Part shown: one piece after another, positions 26,690 to 36,041 of the stretch
Layout: each line of letters opens with the position of its first letter
Numbering within the stretch: position 1 is the first letter of the stretch
NCBI GenBank assembly: GCA_965220965.1
Contig: OZ244852.1
Location: 1,792,001-1,856,000, forward strand
Origin: Candidatus Marinacidobacterium sp.
GTDB taxonomy: Bacteria; Acidobacteriota; Vicinamibacteria; Marinacidobacterales; Marinacidobacteraceae
DNA: 64,000 nucleotides
Direction: 5' to 3'
Notes under the pieces: model-generated
What the model was told of the DNA's origin: nothing
Databases searched by the model: none
What the model saw: the letters and a program-made list of their open reading frames with translations, nothing else
Position numbers and translations under genes: made by a program

Positions 26690-27882
26690 CGACCGCCGCG
26701 CGGCGCCGGATGCGGACGGGGGCCTGGCGTCTCGCCACGCTCTTCGCGATCGCCGCGGTCGCCGCCGCGGCCCAGGAAGAGACCGGGCCGACGCCGGGGG
26801 TCACCGGCGACCGGATCCGGTTCGGGCAGTCGGCGGCGCTGAGCGGCCCGGCCGCCGAGCTGGGCCGGGGGATGCAGTTGGGGATCCAGGCGGCGTTCGC
26901 CGAGGTCAACGCTGCGGGAGGCGTCCACGGCAGGTCGCTCGAGCTCGTCTCGCTGGACGACGGGTACGAACCCGAGGCGGCGCTCGAGAACACCCGCGCG
27001 CTGCTGCGGGAAGAGGAAGTGTTCGCGCTCATCGGCGCGGTGGGGACCCCGACCTCGCGCGCGGCGGCGCCGATCGCCACCAGCGAGCGGGTCCCCTACA
27101 TCGGGCCGTTCACCGGCGCCGAGTTCCTCCGGGATCCGGCGGCAACTCCGACCGCGGTCAACGTCCGCGCCTCCTACTACCAGGAGACCGACGCCATGGT
27201 CGAGCGGCTCCAGCGCGACCTCGGGATCAACCGGATCGCCGTGCTCCACCAGGACGACTCCTACGGCAACGCCGGCCTCAGCGGCGTCCAGCGGGCGCTC
27301 GCGCGGCGCGGTCTGGAACTCACCGGACGCGCCTCCTACCAGCGAAACACGACCGCGGTGAAGACCGCGCTTCTCCAGTTGCGGCGGGTGCGTCCTGACG
27401 CGGTGATCATCATCGGCGCCTATCGGCCGGTGGGCGCCTTCGTGCGGTGGGCTCGCAAGATCGGCTTCGACCCGGTGATGATCAACATCTCCTTCGTGGG
27501 CGCCGACGCCCTCGCCGCCGACCTCGGCGCCGGGGGCGAAGGCGTCTTCGTCACCCAGGTGGTGCCGTTCCCGACGAACGATGCGCTCCCGGTCGTCCGC
27601 CGCTTCCGGGCGGCGCTGCGGGAGGTGGATCCGAGGGCGCGGGCGAGCCTGGTGGCGCTCGAGGGATACGTGGTCGGGCGGCTGACCGCCGAGGTGGTGG
27701 AAGCCGCCGGACGCGATCTCACCCGGCCCGGCTTCCTCGCGGCGCTGGCCACGCTCGAGCGGGTGGACCTCGGCGGGTTCACGCTCGGTTACGGGCCCGA
27801 GGACACCCAGGGATCCGACCGGGTGTTCTGGACCCGCATCGACCAGTTCGGCCGGCTCGTCCCGGTGAGCAGCCTGCGCTGA
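26686..27882 (+). CDS. Periplasmic binding protein (LivJ/branched-chain type)
   Basis: Signal peptide; GQSAALSGPAA, GGVHGR, DDGYEP, RASY. Confidence 0.88.
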   Translation: MTTAARRRMRTGAWRLATLFAIAAVAAAAQEETGPTPGVTGDRIRFGQSAALSGPAAELGRGMQLGIQAAFAEVNAAGGVHGRSLELVSLDDGYEPEAALENTRALLREEEVFALIGAVGTPTSRAAAPIATSERVPYIGPFTGAEFLRDPAATPTAVNVRASYYQETDAMVERLQRDLGINRIAVLHQDDSYGNAGLSGVQRALARRGLELTGRASYQRNTTAVKTALLQLRRVRPDAVIIIGAYRPVGAFVRWARKIGFDPVMINISFVGADALAADLGAGGEGVFVTQVVPFPTNDALPVVRRFRAALREVDPRARASLVALEGYVVGRLTAEVVEAAGRDLTRPGFLAALATLERVDLGGFTLGYGPEDTQGSDRVFWTRIDQFGRLVPVSSLR

Positions 27883-27889
27883 TCGACCC

Positions 27890-30199
27890 ATGGGCTCCAC
27901 GAGCGACGACGAGCGCCTGAAGGGCGGCCCGGCGGACGACGCCCCGGCGCCGGAAACAGAGGCGGCCGCGCCGCCCGGACCCCCTCGAAAGTCGGGTCTC
28001 CGCGCCACCCTGGCGGGGCGCCTCCACCAGCTCGCCGCGCGGCTCGCCGCGCGGGTCGAGGGACAGCGCTGGAGCCTGAAGCTCCAGATCGGGGCGGGTC
28101 TCGGCGTCGCGGTCGGGTTCTCGGTGGCGGCGAGCGTCGCGGCGCTGATCGCGTTCTTCCAGGTCGGAACCCTCCAGCGGCGGATCAACACCGAGCATGT
28201 GCCGGCGCTCACCAACGCGGTGCAGATTGGCCAGCTCGCCGCCAATCTGGCCGGGAGCGCCCCGCGCGTGGTGGCCGCGGCGCGGAACCGGCGCCTCGCC
28301 GACGACTCCGGATCCGACGTGACCCCGCTCTCCGGAAGCGCCGAGGTGGACCTCCTCGAGGACGCCGCCCGGATCATCGAGCTCTCGTCCTCGCTCGAAT
28401 CCACCGAGCGGAGCGAGGGCCTCCAGCAGTTCTCCTCGGATCTGGCGGGGAACCTGCGCGCCATCCAGGTCTCGGTGGACTCGGCGGTCGCCATGGCGGA
28501 CCGGCTCGACGCGATCCAGGCGGAGGCGGTGGCGGGGCTCACCGTGCTGAACGAGCGGGTGGCGCCGGCGCTCGACGACCAGATCTTCTACATGGCCACC
28601 GGCCTCCGGGAGCTGACCGACTCGCCGGCGGCGGTCGCGCTGCGCGGCTCGGAGGCGGAGGTGATCCGGTACGAGGCGCTCAGCACGATCTGGTCGCGGG
28701 GCAACCTCGCGGTCAGCCTGCTGACCGACGTGGCGACGCAGGACGATCTGGAACTGGTGGAGACACTCGAGGAGCGATTCCGCGCCGCGGTGAACGGGGC
28801 GGCGCTGGCGCTGGCCTCGCTCGGCCCCCGGGCGCCTCCCGATGTCGGCGACACGCTCGCCGCGCTCCGCGAACTGGGAGTGGGGGAACAGGGCGCGTTC
28901 GATACGTCCCGCCAGTATCTGGGCGAACTCCGGAACCAGCTCACCTACCTCGTCCGGAACGAGGAGATCACCGGGTCGCTCGAAACCGCGGTGTCGGCGC
29001 TCACCGTCGGCCTGGAGGTCGAGGCGCTCGAAGCCACGAACGCCTCGGAAGCGGCGCTCTCGCTGGGTCGCGGCCTGCTGGTGATCCTGAACGTCGTCGG
29101 CCTCGGGGTCGCCGGCCTCGTCCTCTGGCTGTTCGTGGCCCGCCTCCTGATCCCCCGGCTCACGCGCCTCTCGCAGGCCATGCGGCGCATGGCGCAGGGC
29201 AACCTGGAGACCCAGATCGAGGTCCACGGGAAGGACGAGGTGGCCGAAATGGCGCAGGCGCTGGAGGTCTTCCGGCGCCACGCGATCGAGGTGCAGCGGC
29301 TCAATCTGGTGGAGCAGCTCCTCGCCCGGGTGGAGAAACAGAAGGGGGAGCTGGAAGCGACGCTCGAGGACCTGCAGCGGGCGCAGGACCAGATCGTCAT
29401 GCAGGAAAAGCTGGCGTCGCTCGGGCAGTTGACGGCGGGGATCGCCCACGAGATCAAGAACCCGCTGAACTTCGTGAACAACTTCGCCGAGGTCTCGAAC
29501 TCGCTGCTCGAGGACCTCCAGGCCGAGCTGGACGACGTCGCGAAGGCGCTGCCGGAGGAATCCCGGGAGGAGATCGCGGCCATCCGCAAGGATCTTGGCG
29601 GGAACCTGGAACGGATCGTCCACCACGGGAAGCGGGCGAGCTCCATCGTCTACGGGATGCTCGAACACGCCCGCAAGGAAGGCGGAGAGAAGCGGCCCAC
29701 CGCGATCAACCCGATGATCGAAGAGTTCATCGCGCTCGCGTTCCACTCGATGCGCGCCGCCGACAACACCTTCCAGATGACGATCACCAAGGACCTCCAG
29801 CCGGAAGTCGGCGAGATCGAAGGGGTTCCCCAGGACCTCTCGCGGGTCTTCCTGAACATCGTCACGAACGCCTGCCAGGCGACGCTCGAGAAGCAGCGCG
29901 CCCCGGAGACGCCGAAGGACTACGAGCCAACGCTGGAAGTCTCCAGCCGGCGGGACAACGGACGGGTCGAGGTCCGGATCCGCGACAACGGCCCGGGCAT
30001 CCCGGAGGAGAACGTGAAGAAGATCTTCGAGCCGTTCTTCACGACGAAGGACGCGAACCAGGGCACCGGCCTCGGGCTCTCGCTCGCGCACGATGTGGTT
30101 CGGGCCCACGGCGGGAGCCTCGAGGTGCAGTCGAAGGCGGGCGAGGGAACCGAGTTCGTGGTGAACCTGCCGGTCCGGTCCTCGGCGGCGGCGGCCTGA
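27890..30199 (+). CDS. HAMP-domain sensor histidine kinase with helical periplasmic domain
   Basis: Two TM segments, HAMP, AHEIKNPL H-box, DNGPGI, FFTTK, GTGLGL. Confidence 0.93.
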   Translation: MGSTSDDERLKGGPADDAPAPETEAAAPPGPPRKSGLRATLAGRLHQLAARLAARVEGQRWSLKLQIGAGLGVAVGFSVAASVAALIAFFQVGTLQRRINTEHVPALTNAVQIGQLAANLAGSAPRVVAAARNRRLADDSGSDVTPLSGSAEVDLLEDAARIIELSSSLESTERSEGLQQFSSDLAGNLRAIQVSVDSAVAMADRLDAIQAEAVAGLTVLNERVAPALDDQIFYMATGLRELTDSPAAVALRGSEAEVIRYEALSTIWSRGNLAVSLLTDVATQDDLELVETLEERFRAAVNGAALALASLGPRAPPDVGDTLAALRELGVGEQGAFDTSRQYLGELRNQLTYLVRNEEITGSLETAVSALTVGLEVEALEATNASEAALSLGRGLLVILNVVGLGVAGLVLWLFVARLLIPRLTRLSQAMRRMAQGNLETQIEVHGKDEVAEMAQALEVFRRHAIEVQRLNLVEQLLARVEKQKGELEATLEDLQRAQDQIVMQEKLASLGQLTAGIAHEIKNPLNFVNNFAEVSNSLLEDLQAELDDVAKALPEESREEIAAIRKDLGGNLERIVHHGKRASSIVYGMLEHARKEGGEKRPTAINPMIEEFIALAFHSMRAADNTFQMTITKDLQPEVGEIEGVPQDLSRVFLNIVTNACQATLEKQRAPETPKDYEPTLEVSSRRDNGRVEVRIRDNGPGIPEENVKKIFEPFFTTKDANQGTGLGLSLAHDVVRAHGGSLEVQSKAGEGTEFVVNLPVRSSAAAA

Positions 30200-30252
30200 A
30201 GACCCCGGGGCGATGACGGAGCGCCCGGTCATCACGTGACGGACCGCGCCTG

Positions 30253-30591
30253 ATGCGAACCGTCGTCGCCGTCGCCCTCCTCGCGTTCCAGATCGTCATG
30301 GTCGGGTACGCGCGCTTCGTCCCATCCCGCTACTTCTGCTGGGCGCCGATGGACTCCCAGAACCTCTACTCGATCACCGTGGTCATCGGGGACCGCGCGC
30401 TGAGCCCCGCGGAAATCGGGGCCCGCTACCGGCAGCCGGCGGAGGGCGGCAACTGGCAGGCGATCCAGCACGTGCTCGACAAGGTCCGGCAGTACGAAGC
30501 GACCTACGGACTCGGTGACGGCGCCCGGGTCACGGTCGTCTACACCGTCAACGGCGGACCGGAGGAGACCTGGGTCTGGCCGCCTCCATGA
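30253..30591 (+). CDS. Small membrane-anchored hypothetical protein
   Basis: N-terminal hydrophobic segment, RYFCWAPMD; ATGA coupling to the downstream gene. Confidence 0.65.
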   Translation: MRTVVAVALLAFQIVMVGYARFVPSRYFCWAPMDSQNLYSITVVIGDRALSPAEIGARYRQPAEGGNWQAIQHVLDKVRQYEATYGLGDGARVTVVYTVNGGPEETWVWPPP

Positions 30592-31754
30592 AGCCCTCGT
30601 GGAATCCGCTCCGGCTGAGCGGCGGGCCGCTGCCCGTCCCGGTCCTGCTGGCGGCCAAGCTGCTCGTCGTCACGATGCTGGCGACCGGCCATGTGGGGAC
30701 CCTGCCGGATCCGTTCCTTCCGTTCCTGCCGGTCTTCGACCGGATCGGAGCGCCGGAGGGGTTCCGGGCGGCGCTGCAGATCCTGTTCCTCCTCGGGTCC
30801 GCCGCCCTGCTCCTGAATCGCCGCGTCCGGCTCGCGTCCCTGGTGGTGGGCGCGACGATCCTCGTCGGCATCGCCGCTTCCCGGATCTACTGGGCCAACA
30901 ACACCTTCTTCTGCGGAGCGATCCTGACGCTCATCGGACTCCATTCCTCCGAGCGGTCGGTGTGGCTCCTGCGGGTTCAGGTCGCGCTGATCTACTTCGG
31001 CGCCGGGCTCAACAAGTTGCTCGACCCCGACTGGCTCTCGGGGCGGTTCTTCGAGCACTGGACCTTCGTCAACCTCGGGCACGATCTCTACATGCGGGCG
31101 GCGGCCCTGCTGCCGCCGATGGCGCTCTCGACGTTCATGGGCTGGGCGACGATCGCCACCGAGCTGAGCCTCGCCGCCGGATTCGCCGTGCAGCGCCTCT
31201 GGCCGCTCGCGATCTGGCTGGGCATCCTCTTCCATGCGGCGATGACCGTCTTCAGCGGCATCACCTTCGTGCTGTTCTTCTATGTCGCGCCCGCCGCCTA
31301 CCTGGCGTTCGCCCGCTGGCCCCGGACGACCATGGAAGTCATCTACGACGGCGACTGCGGGATCTGCGCGAAGACGAAGCGGTGGTTCGAAGCCCTCGAC
31401 CTCGAGGGCGCGTTCCGCTGGACCGCCCACCAGAGCGGCGTCTGCGAACGGCTGGGGATCCCGATCGGCGCGGCCCGGGCGCGCCTTCAGCTCGTCGTGG
31501 GCGAGGACGGGCCGGTCGCCGAGGGCTTCCGCGCCTTCAAGCTGATGCTGCTCTACAACCCGCTGACGTATTTCGTCATGCTGGGGATCCTGCTGAGCCT
31601 GCACGAGGGGCCGGCGTGGGCCAGAAACCTCGCGACCCTCGGGATGATCGCGTTCTTCTTTCCGGCGTTCGACCGGATCGGCCAGGCGGTCTACGACCTG
31701 GTGGCCCGCAACCGGCATCGCGCCGGCGCCTCGCCGACCTGCGCGGTCGACTAA
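30588..31754 (+). CDS. HTTM-like membrane domain fused to DCC1-like (DUF393) thiol-disulfide oxidoreductase
   Basis: IYF.AG.NK..PDW.SG and GILFH (HTTM-like); YDGDCGIC and YDLVARNR...C (DCC1). Confidence 0.75.
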   Translation: MKPSWNPLRLSGGPLPVPVLLAAKLLVVTMLATGHVGTLPDPFLPFLPVFDRIGAPEGFRAALQILFLLGSAALLLNRRVRLASLVVGATILVGIAASRIYWANNTFFCGAILTLIGLHSSERSVWLLRVQVALIYFGAGLNKLLDPDWLSGRFFEHWTFVNLGHDLYMRAAALLPPMALSTFMGWATIATELSLAAGFAVQRLWPLAIWLGILFHAAMTVFSGITFVLFFYVAPAAYLAFARWPRTTMEVIYDGDCGICAKTKRWFEALDLEGAFRWTAHQSGVCERLGIPIGAARARLQLVVGEDGPVAEGFRAFKLMLLYNPLTYFVMLGILLSLHEGPAWARNLATLGMIAFFFPAFDRIGQAVYDLVARNRHRAGASPTCAVD

Positions 31755-31784
31755 GCGCCGGGAGACGCCGGGTGGAAGCCCCGA

Positions 31785-33470
31785 TCAGAAGCGGGGCGAC
31801 GTCAGGACGACGTCCGCGCGGGCCCAGGCGCGGAGGAACCGCCGCTGGACGCGCTCGGCCTCGGCCATCTTCCCCTGGGCGCGAAGCGACTCGAGCAGGC
31901 CGAAGAGCGACCAGCCGTTCTCGGGCCAGTCGCTGAGATCCTCGCGGAAGGCCACCTCGGCGTGGTCGGCCTTCCCGGCCTCCAGCAGGACCGCCCCGAG
32001 GGCCTGGCGCATCGGCATGTACCAGGGCGGCGGCTCGGTGTAGGCGAGGTTGTCCTGGATGTTGATCGCCTCCTCGTAGAGCGGGACCGCCTTCGCCGGG
32101 TCGTCGTGGCGGGCGACGATGTCGGCTTCGAGCGCCTTCGCCGCGAGCCGCAGCATGTCCTTCGACGAGACCCGTCCCATCGAGGGCAGCGCCTCGTCCG
32201 CCGAGATCGCCTCGACCCGGACGAGGTGTTCCCGGGCCCCCTCGGGATCGCCGGTGGCGGAAGCGGCCAGACCCTGGACGTAGTGCCAGATGGCGGTCTC
32301 GAACATGTACTCGGCGCGCGGCATCGGCTGGCTGCGGATCACTTCCCAGCGGCCGAAGCGGGCCTCGGCGAGGAGCGGGATGGACAGGAAGAGCTGCGAG
32401 TAGGAAGAGCTCTCGATCCGGTTCGGGGGCGTCTGGACCAGCACCTTGTCGCGGAGCTTGTAGGCCTGCTGGATCGCCACCGCGCTCCGGCCCTCGAACT
32501 GGGCCGCGGACCAGGCGAAGTGGACGTTGTGCTGGTAGGAGCGCACCGGGTAGCGGCCCTCCTGGTCCGGCATCCCCATGTAGAGCTCGTCCACCGCGGC
32601 GGCGTCGAGGTTGAAGTCGGCGGCCTCGTCGTAGTTCCCGGTCTGGACGAGGATGTGCGAGCCCATGTGGACCAGGTGAGCCGCGCCCGGCATGGTTCGC
32701 GGCAGCTCCCGGGCGTAGGGCACGGCGCGGTCGAGGTTGTCGGACGCCTCGACGCCGTGGATGTAGTAGTGGATGGCGCCCGGATGCTTCGGATCCATGG
32801 CGAGCGCCTTCTCGATCTGGGCGACCAGCCACTCGGTGCCCTCGCCGAGCGGCTTCCCGGCCTTGTCCCAGTAGTTCCACCGGGTCGTGTTCATCCACGC
32901 CGCCGCGGCGAGCACCTGGATGTCCACGTCATCGGGGTATTTCCCGGCGAGCTCGCGGGCCGCCTCGAACCAGGCCTGGTCCAGCGGGGCGCGCTCCGCG
33001 GCCGGATCCTCGGCGTAGCGGGTGGCGAGCGCCTCGATCATGTCGCGCTCCTTCGCGGTGGCGGCGCCGGACAGCTCGCGGGCCCGGGAGATCGCCTCCC
33101 AGGCGGTCTCGAGGTCACTCTCCGCCGGCGAACCGTTGTTCAGGTACGGGCCCCAGGCGAGAGCCCGGCCCCAGTGCGCCATCGGGGAATCGTCGATGCG
33201 CGCCGACTCGTCGAACGACCGGCGGGCCTCGGCCATCCAGAAGGCGTAGACCAGGCGCAGTCCCTGATCGAAGTACTTCTGGCCGAGCTCGGAGGCGCCG
33301 CTGATCGGATAGTGGACGACGCCGAGGCCGTCATGGAGCGGGACCTCGAGATCGGCGTTCGTGGTCTCCGGCGACTCGTCGAAGGCGAGGCTGGCCGGCG
33401 CGGCGAGGAGCAGCGCGAGGAGAGCGGACGCTGGCGCGGCGAAGCGCCGCGAGGTGCATCGGAAGGGCAT
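31785..33470 (-). CDS. Secreted TPR-repeat protein
   Basis: Signal peptide; HPGAIHYYIH, AHLVHM, YTEPPPW, PENGWSL; alternative start 33500. Confidence 0.8.
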   Translation of the reverse strand: MPFRCTSRRFAAPASALLALLLAAPASLAFDESPETTNADLEVPLHDGLGVVHYPISGASELGQKYFDQGLRLVYAFWMAEARRSFDESARIDDSPMAHWGRALAWGPYLNNGSPAESDLETAWEAISRARELSGAATAKERDMIEALATRYAEDPAAERAPLDQAWFEAARELAGKYPDDVDIQVLAAAAWMNTTRWNYWDKAGKPLGEGTEWLVAQIEKALAMDPKHPGAIHYYIHGVEASDNLDRAVPYARELPRTMPGAAHLVHMGSHILVQTGNYDEAADFNLDAAAVDELYMGMPDQEGRYPVRSYQHNVHFAWSAAQFEGRSAVAIQQAYKLRDKVLVQTPPNRIESSSYSQLFLSIPLLAEARFGRWEVIRSQPMPRAEYMFETAIWHYVQGLAASATGDPEGAREHLVRVEAISADEALPSMGRVSSKDMLRLAAKALEADIVARHDDPAKAVPLYEEAINIQDNLAYTEPPPWYMPMRQALGAVLLEAGKADHAEVAFREDLSDWPENGWSLFGLLESLRAQGKMAEAERVQRRFLRAWARADVVLTSPRF

Positions 33471-33496
33471 GGTGAAGCTCCCGGGATGGATGGGGG

Positions 33497-34408
33497 TCAT
33501 TCGGAGAGGTTCCGGTAGAGGACCCGGATCACCGCATACGCCTCGGCCATGTCGGCCGAGGCGAAGCGGACGGTGTCGGGGGCGCTGCGGTCGATCTGCG
33601 GCAGCAGCGAAGCGATTTCGGCGAGGTCGAAGCGGGTGTACTGGATCTCCACCTCGACGGGCGCCTGGGGGGCCGGAAGGAAGCCGGGCCCGCCGGGCGC
33701 CGGAAGATCGGCGAGCGCCCGGGCGGCCGCCTCCCGGATGCGGGCGGCGGTCGTCTCGGGGTGCATGAGTTCGGCGGTGGTCCGCCGGATCGCCCGCTTG
33801 ACGGCGACGAACTGGATGTCGCCGAGAAGGGCGCGCATCTCGCGCACGGCCGCGTCATCGCCGGTCGCGAGCACGACCGGGACGCGGTGGTGGGCGGCGA
33901 GCGCCGCGTTCAGGCCGGCCTCCCCGGCGGGTTCGCCCGCCAGACGGATTTCCCGGATCGTGGCGCCCGAACCGGTGTGGGCCATCAGCCCGTCGGGATC
34001 CCCGGCGCGGGCGTGGTAGCCGATGAAGAACACCGCGTCGAAGTCGCCGGTGAGGCCCTGCATCATCCCGTAGGGCTTCGAGTTGTGGCTGATGAGGCGG
34101 GCCGGCGGGAGGAGTTCCTCGACGCGGACGTTGCGCATCGAGCCGTGGCTGTCGTTCACCAGGATCTCGACCGCCCCGGCGTCGAGCGCCCCCTGGATCG
34201 CGGCGTTCACATCGCTCATCACGAGATCGCGCCCGCGTTCGTACTCGGCGCCCGCAGCCGAGGTCATCTCGGGGTGGGCGATCCCGCTGATCCCCTCCAT
34301 GTCCACCGAGATGAACACCCGGAGCGCCCGCTCCTGACCCGCCGCGGAAACGGCGAGCAGCAGGGCCGCAACGAGGGGAACCGACGCGAGGCCGGCTCGC
34401 CGCAGCAC
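33497..34408 (-). CDS. dppA: M55 family D-aminopeptidase (DppA-like) with signal peptide
   Basis: ISVDMEG, VNDSHG, GYH, AHT, GE motifs. Confidence 0.88.
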   Translation of the reverse strand: MLRRAGLASVPLVAALLLAVSAAGQERALRVFISVDMEGISGIAHPEMTSAAGAEYERGRDLVMSDVNAAIQGALDAGAVEILVNDSHGSMRNVRVEELLPPARLISHNSKPYGMMQGLTGDFDAVFFIGYHARAGDPDGLMAHTGSGATIREIRLAGEPAGEAGLNAALAAHHRVPVVLATGDDAAVREMRALLGDIQFVAVKRAIRRTTAELMHPETTAARIREAAARALADLPAPGGPGFLPAPQAPVEVEIQYTRFDLAEIASLLPQIDRSAPDTVRFASADMAEAYAVIRVLYRNLSE

Positions 34409-34427
34409 CGGGTCGCCTGACGGATCC

Positions 34428-35384
34428 CTACGCGCCCGGCGGTGGCCGGAGCGTTTCGATCATCTCGCGCGCGATCTGCGCCTGGGCGCCGTCGGGGTCC
34501 ACCTCGAGGTATCGCTCGAAGGCCGCGAGGGCGGCGTCGTTCTGTTCGAGACGCACCCGCACCATGCCGAGCTGGAGCAGCGCCGGAGCGAAGGCCGGGT
34601 CGACCTGCGAGGCCTTCTCGTAGAACTCGGCGGCGACATCCAGCCGTTCCAGATTCGTGGCGAACACCGCGTAGTTGAAGAGGTGGACGGCGTTCGCTTC
34701 GACCAGATCCATGACCCGGTCCATCGCCCCGATGGCCGCCTCCCAGTTCTGCTGGCGGCTGTGGAGGTCGGCCACCGCGAGGATCCCGTCCTGCATCGAG
34801 GAGTCGAGCTCGAAGGCCTTCTCGTAGGAGGCGATCGCGGCCGGGAAGTCCTCGATCTGCTCCTGGGCGGCGGCGAGGTTGAACCAGCCCCCGGCGGAAC
34901 CCGGCACGAGCTCGAGGAAGCCCTGGAATTCGGTGACGGCGCGCGCATAGTCGCCGTCCTGGAAGGCCATCTGGGCCGTCTGCAGGTGCCCGTCGGCCAC
35001 GTCGGCCTGCGCCTGGCTCAGAACCCCCTCGGGCAGCGGGTGGAGCGTCTCGTTGATGATGGCCTGCCCGCCGTTCGAGACGGAGACCATCGCCTGGATC
35101 GGCTCCCAGCCCTCGAGTTCGAACGAGACCCGGTAGTTCTCGACCCGGAGGCCGGCGCGGAGGAACTCCCCGTTGTCGTTCGTGGTGACCTGGATGGGGC
35201 GCCCGCCGCCATCGGCGAGGACGATCGAGACCGCCACCTCGGGGACCGGATTGCCGTCCGGGTCCACGATCTTGCCGCGGATGGCGCCGCGCTGCGCCAG
35301 CGCGGGGGCGGCGATGAAGGAGACGAACGCGGCCGCAAGGAGCAACAGGCGGGCGGCGGAGCCGGAACGCGGCGTGGTCAGCAC
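34428..35384 (-). CDS. Carboxypeptidase-regulatory-like domain + TPR protein
   Basis: GTG start after AAGGAGG; signal peptide; IRGKIVDPDGNP domain followed by TPRs. Confidence 0.8.
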   Translation of the reverse strand: MLTTPRSGSAARLLLLAAAFVSFIAAPALAQRGAIRGKIVDPDGNPVPEVAVSIVLADGGGRPIQVTTNDNGEFLRAGLRVENYRVSFELEGWEPIQAMVSVSNGGQAIINETLHPLPEGVLSQAQADVADGHLQTAQMAFQDGDYARAVTEFQGFLELVPGSAGGWFNLAAAQEQIEDFPAAIASYEKAFELDSSMQDGILAVADLHSRQQNWEAAIGAMDRVMDLVEANAVHLFNYAVFATNLERLDVAAEFYEKASQVDPAFAPALLQLGMVRVRLEQNDAALAAFERYLEVDPDGAQAQIAREMIETLRPPPGA

Positions 35385-35467
35385 GGTGAGCGGTCCTCCT
35401 TGACGGCCGGACGGGGCCGCAATTGTAGCCGGGGCCAGACAGCCGGCCTGACGCCCCGAGGCGCCGG

Positions 35468-36037
35468 TCAGGAAAGGTCTTCGGCGAGCGCGGCGCGCTG
35501 GTCGTCGGTCAGATCGGCCTCGACCTCGAGCGCGGGGAGCGAGCAGCCGACCGCCACCGGCGTCCGGCCTCCGGCGTCGAACCGCAGGTACTGGACCGAG
35601 GAGAGGCGATCGTCCCCGACCTGCCGCGGATCGAACGTCGCCGGAACCGTCGAGCCGTCCGCAAAGCGGAGGTAGAGGTGGTCCACCAGCCCGAGCCACT
35701 CCCGGAGCAGGCGGTCCCGCTCGGCCGGGTCGGCGATCTCGATCAGCAGCGTGCAGCCGAGCTCGCCGGGGCCCCCGAGGAGCTCGTTGTAGGTCCGGAT
35801 CTCGTGCTGGATGTCCGATTCGCGCACCATGCGCTCCACCCGGACCATCTCGAGGACCTGGTAGCGGATCGTCTCGTGGTTCTCGAACAGGAAGGTGAGA
35901 TAACGGCCGACATGGACCCGGCGCCGGTCCTTCGCGGCCATCGCCGAGGCGCGGATCGCCGAGCGCTGGTCCCCGTAGGTCTGGTAGTCGAGGATCTCCT
36001 CCCGACGGATCGGGTGCCGGGCGCGGGTGAAGCCCAC
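35468..36037 (-). CDS. DUF3501 family protein
   Basis: RRVHVG..LTFLFEN..TIRYQV.EM.R.E; SSVQYLRF; follows rubrerythrin and Fe-S oxidoreductase. Confidence 0.88.
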   Translation of the reverse strand: MGFTRARHPIRREEILDYQTYGDQRSAIRASAMAAKDRRRVHVGRYLTFLFENHETIRYQVLEMVRVERMVRESDIQHEIRTYNELLGGPGELGCTLLIEIADPAERDRLLREWLGLVDHLYLRFADGSTVPATFDPRQVGDDRLSSVQYLRFDAGGRTPVAVGCSLPALEVEADLTDDQRAALAEDLS

Positions 36038-36041
36038 GGCG

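Noticed and set aside
27779-30235. 818-aa minus-strand ORF and similar long Arg/Pro/Gly-rich ORFs elsewhere
   Set aside because: Shadows or alternative frames of well-supported genes
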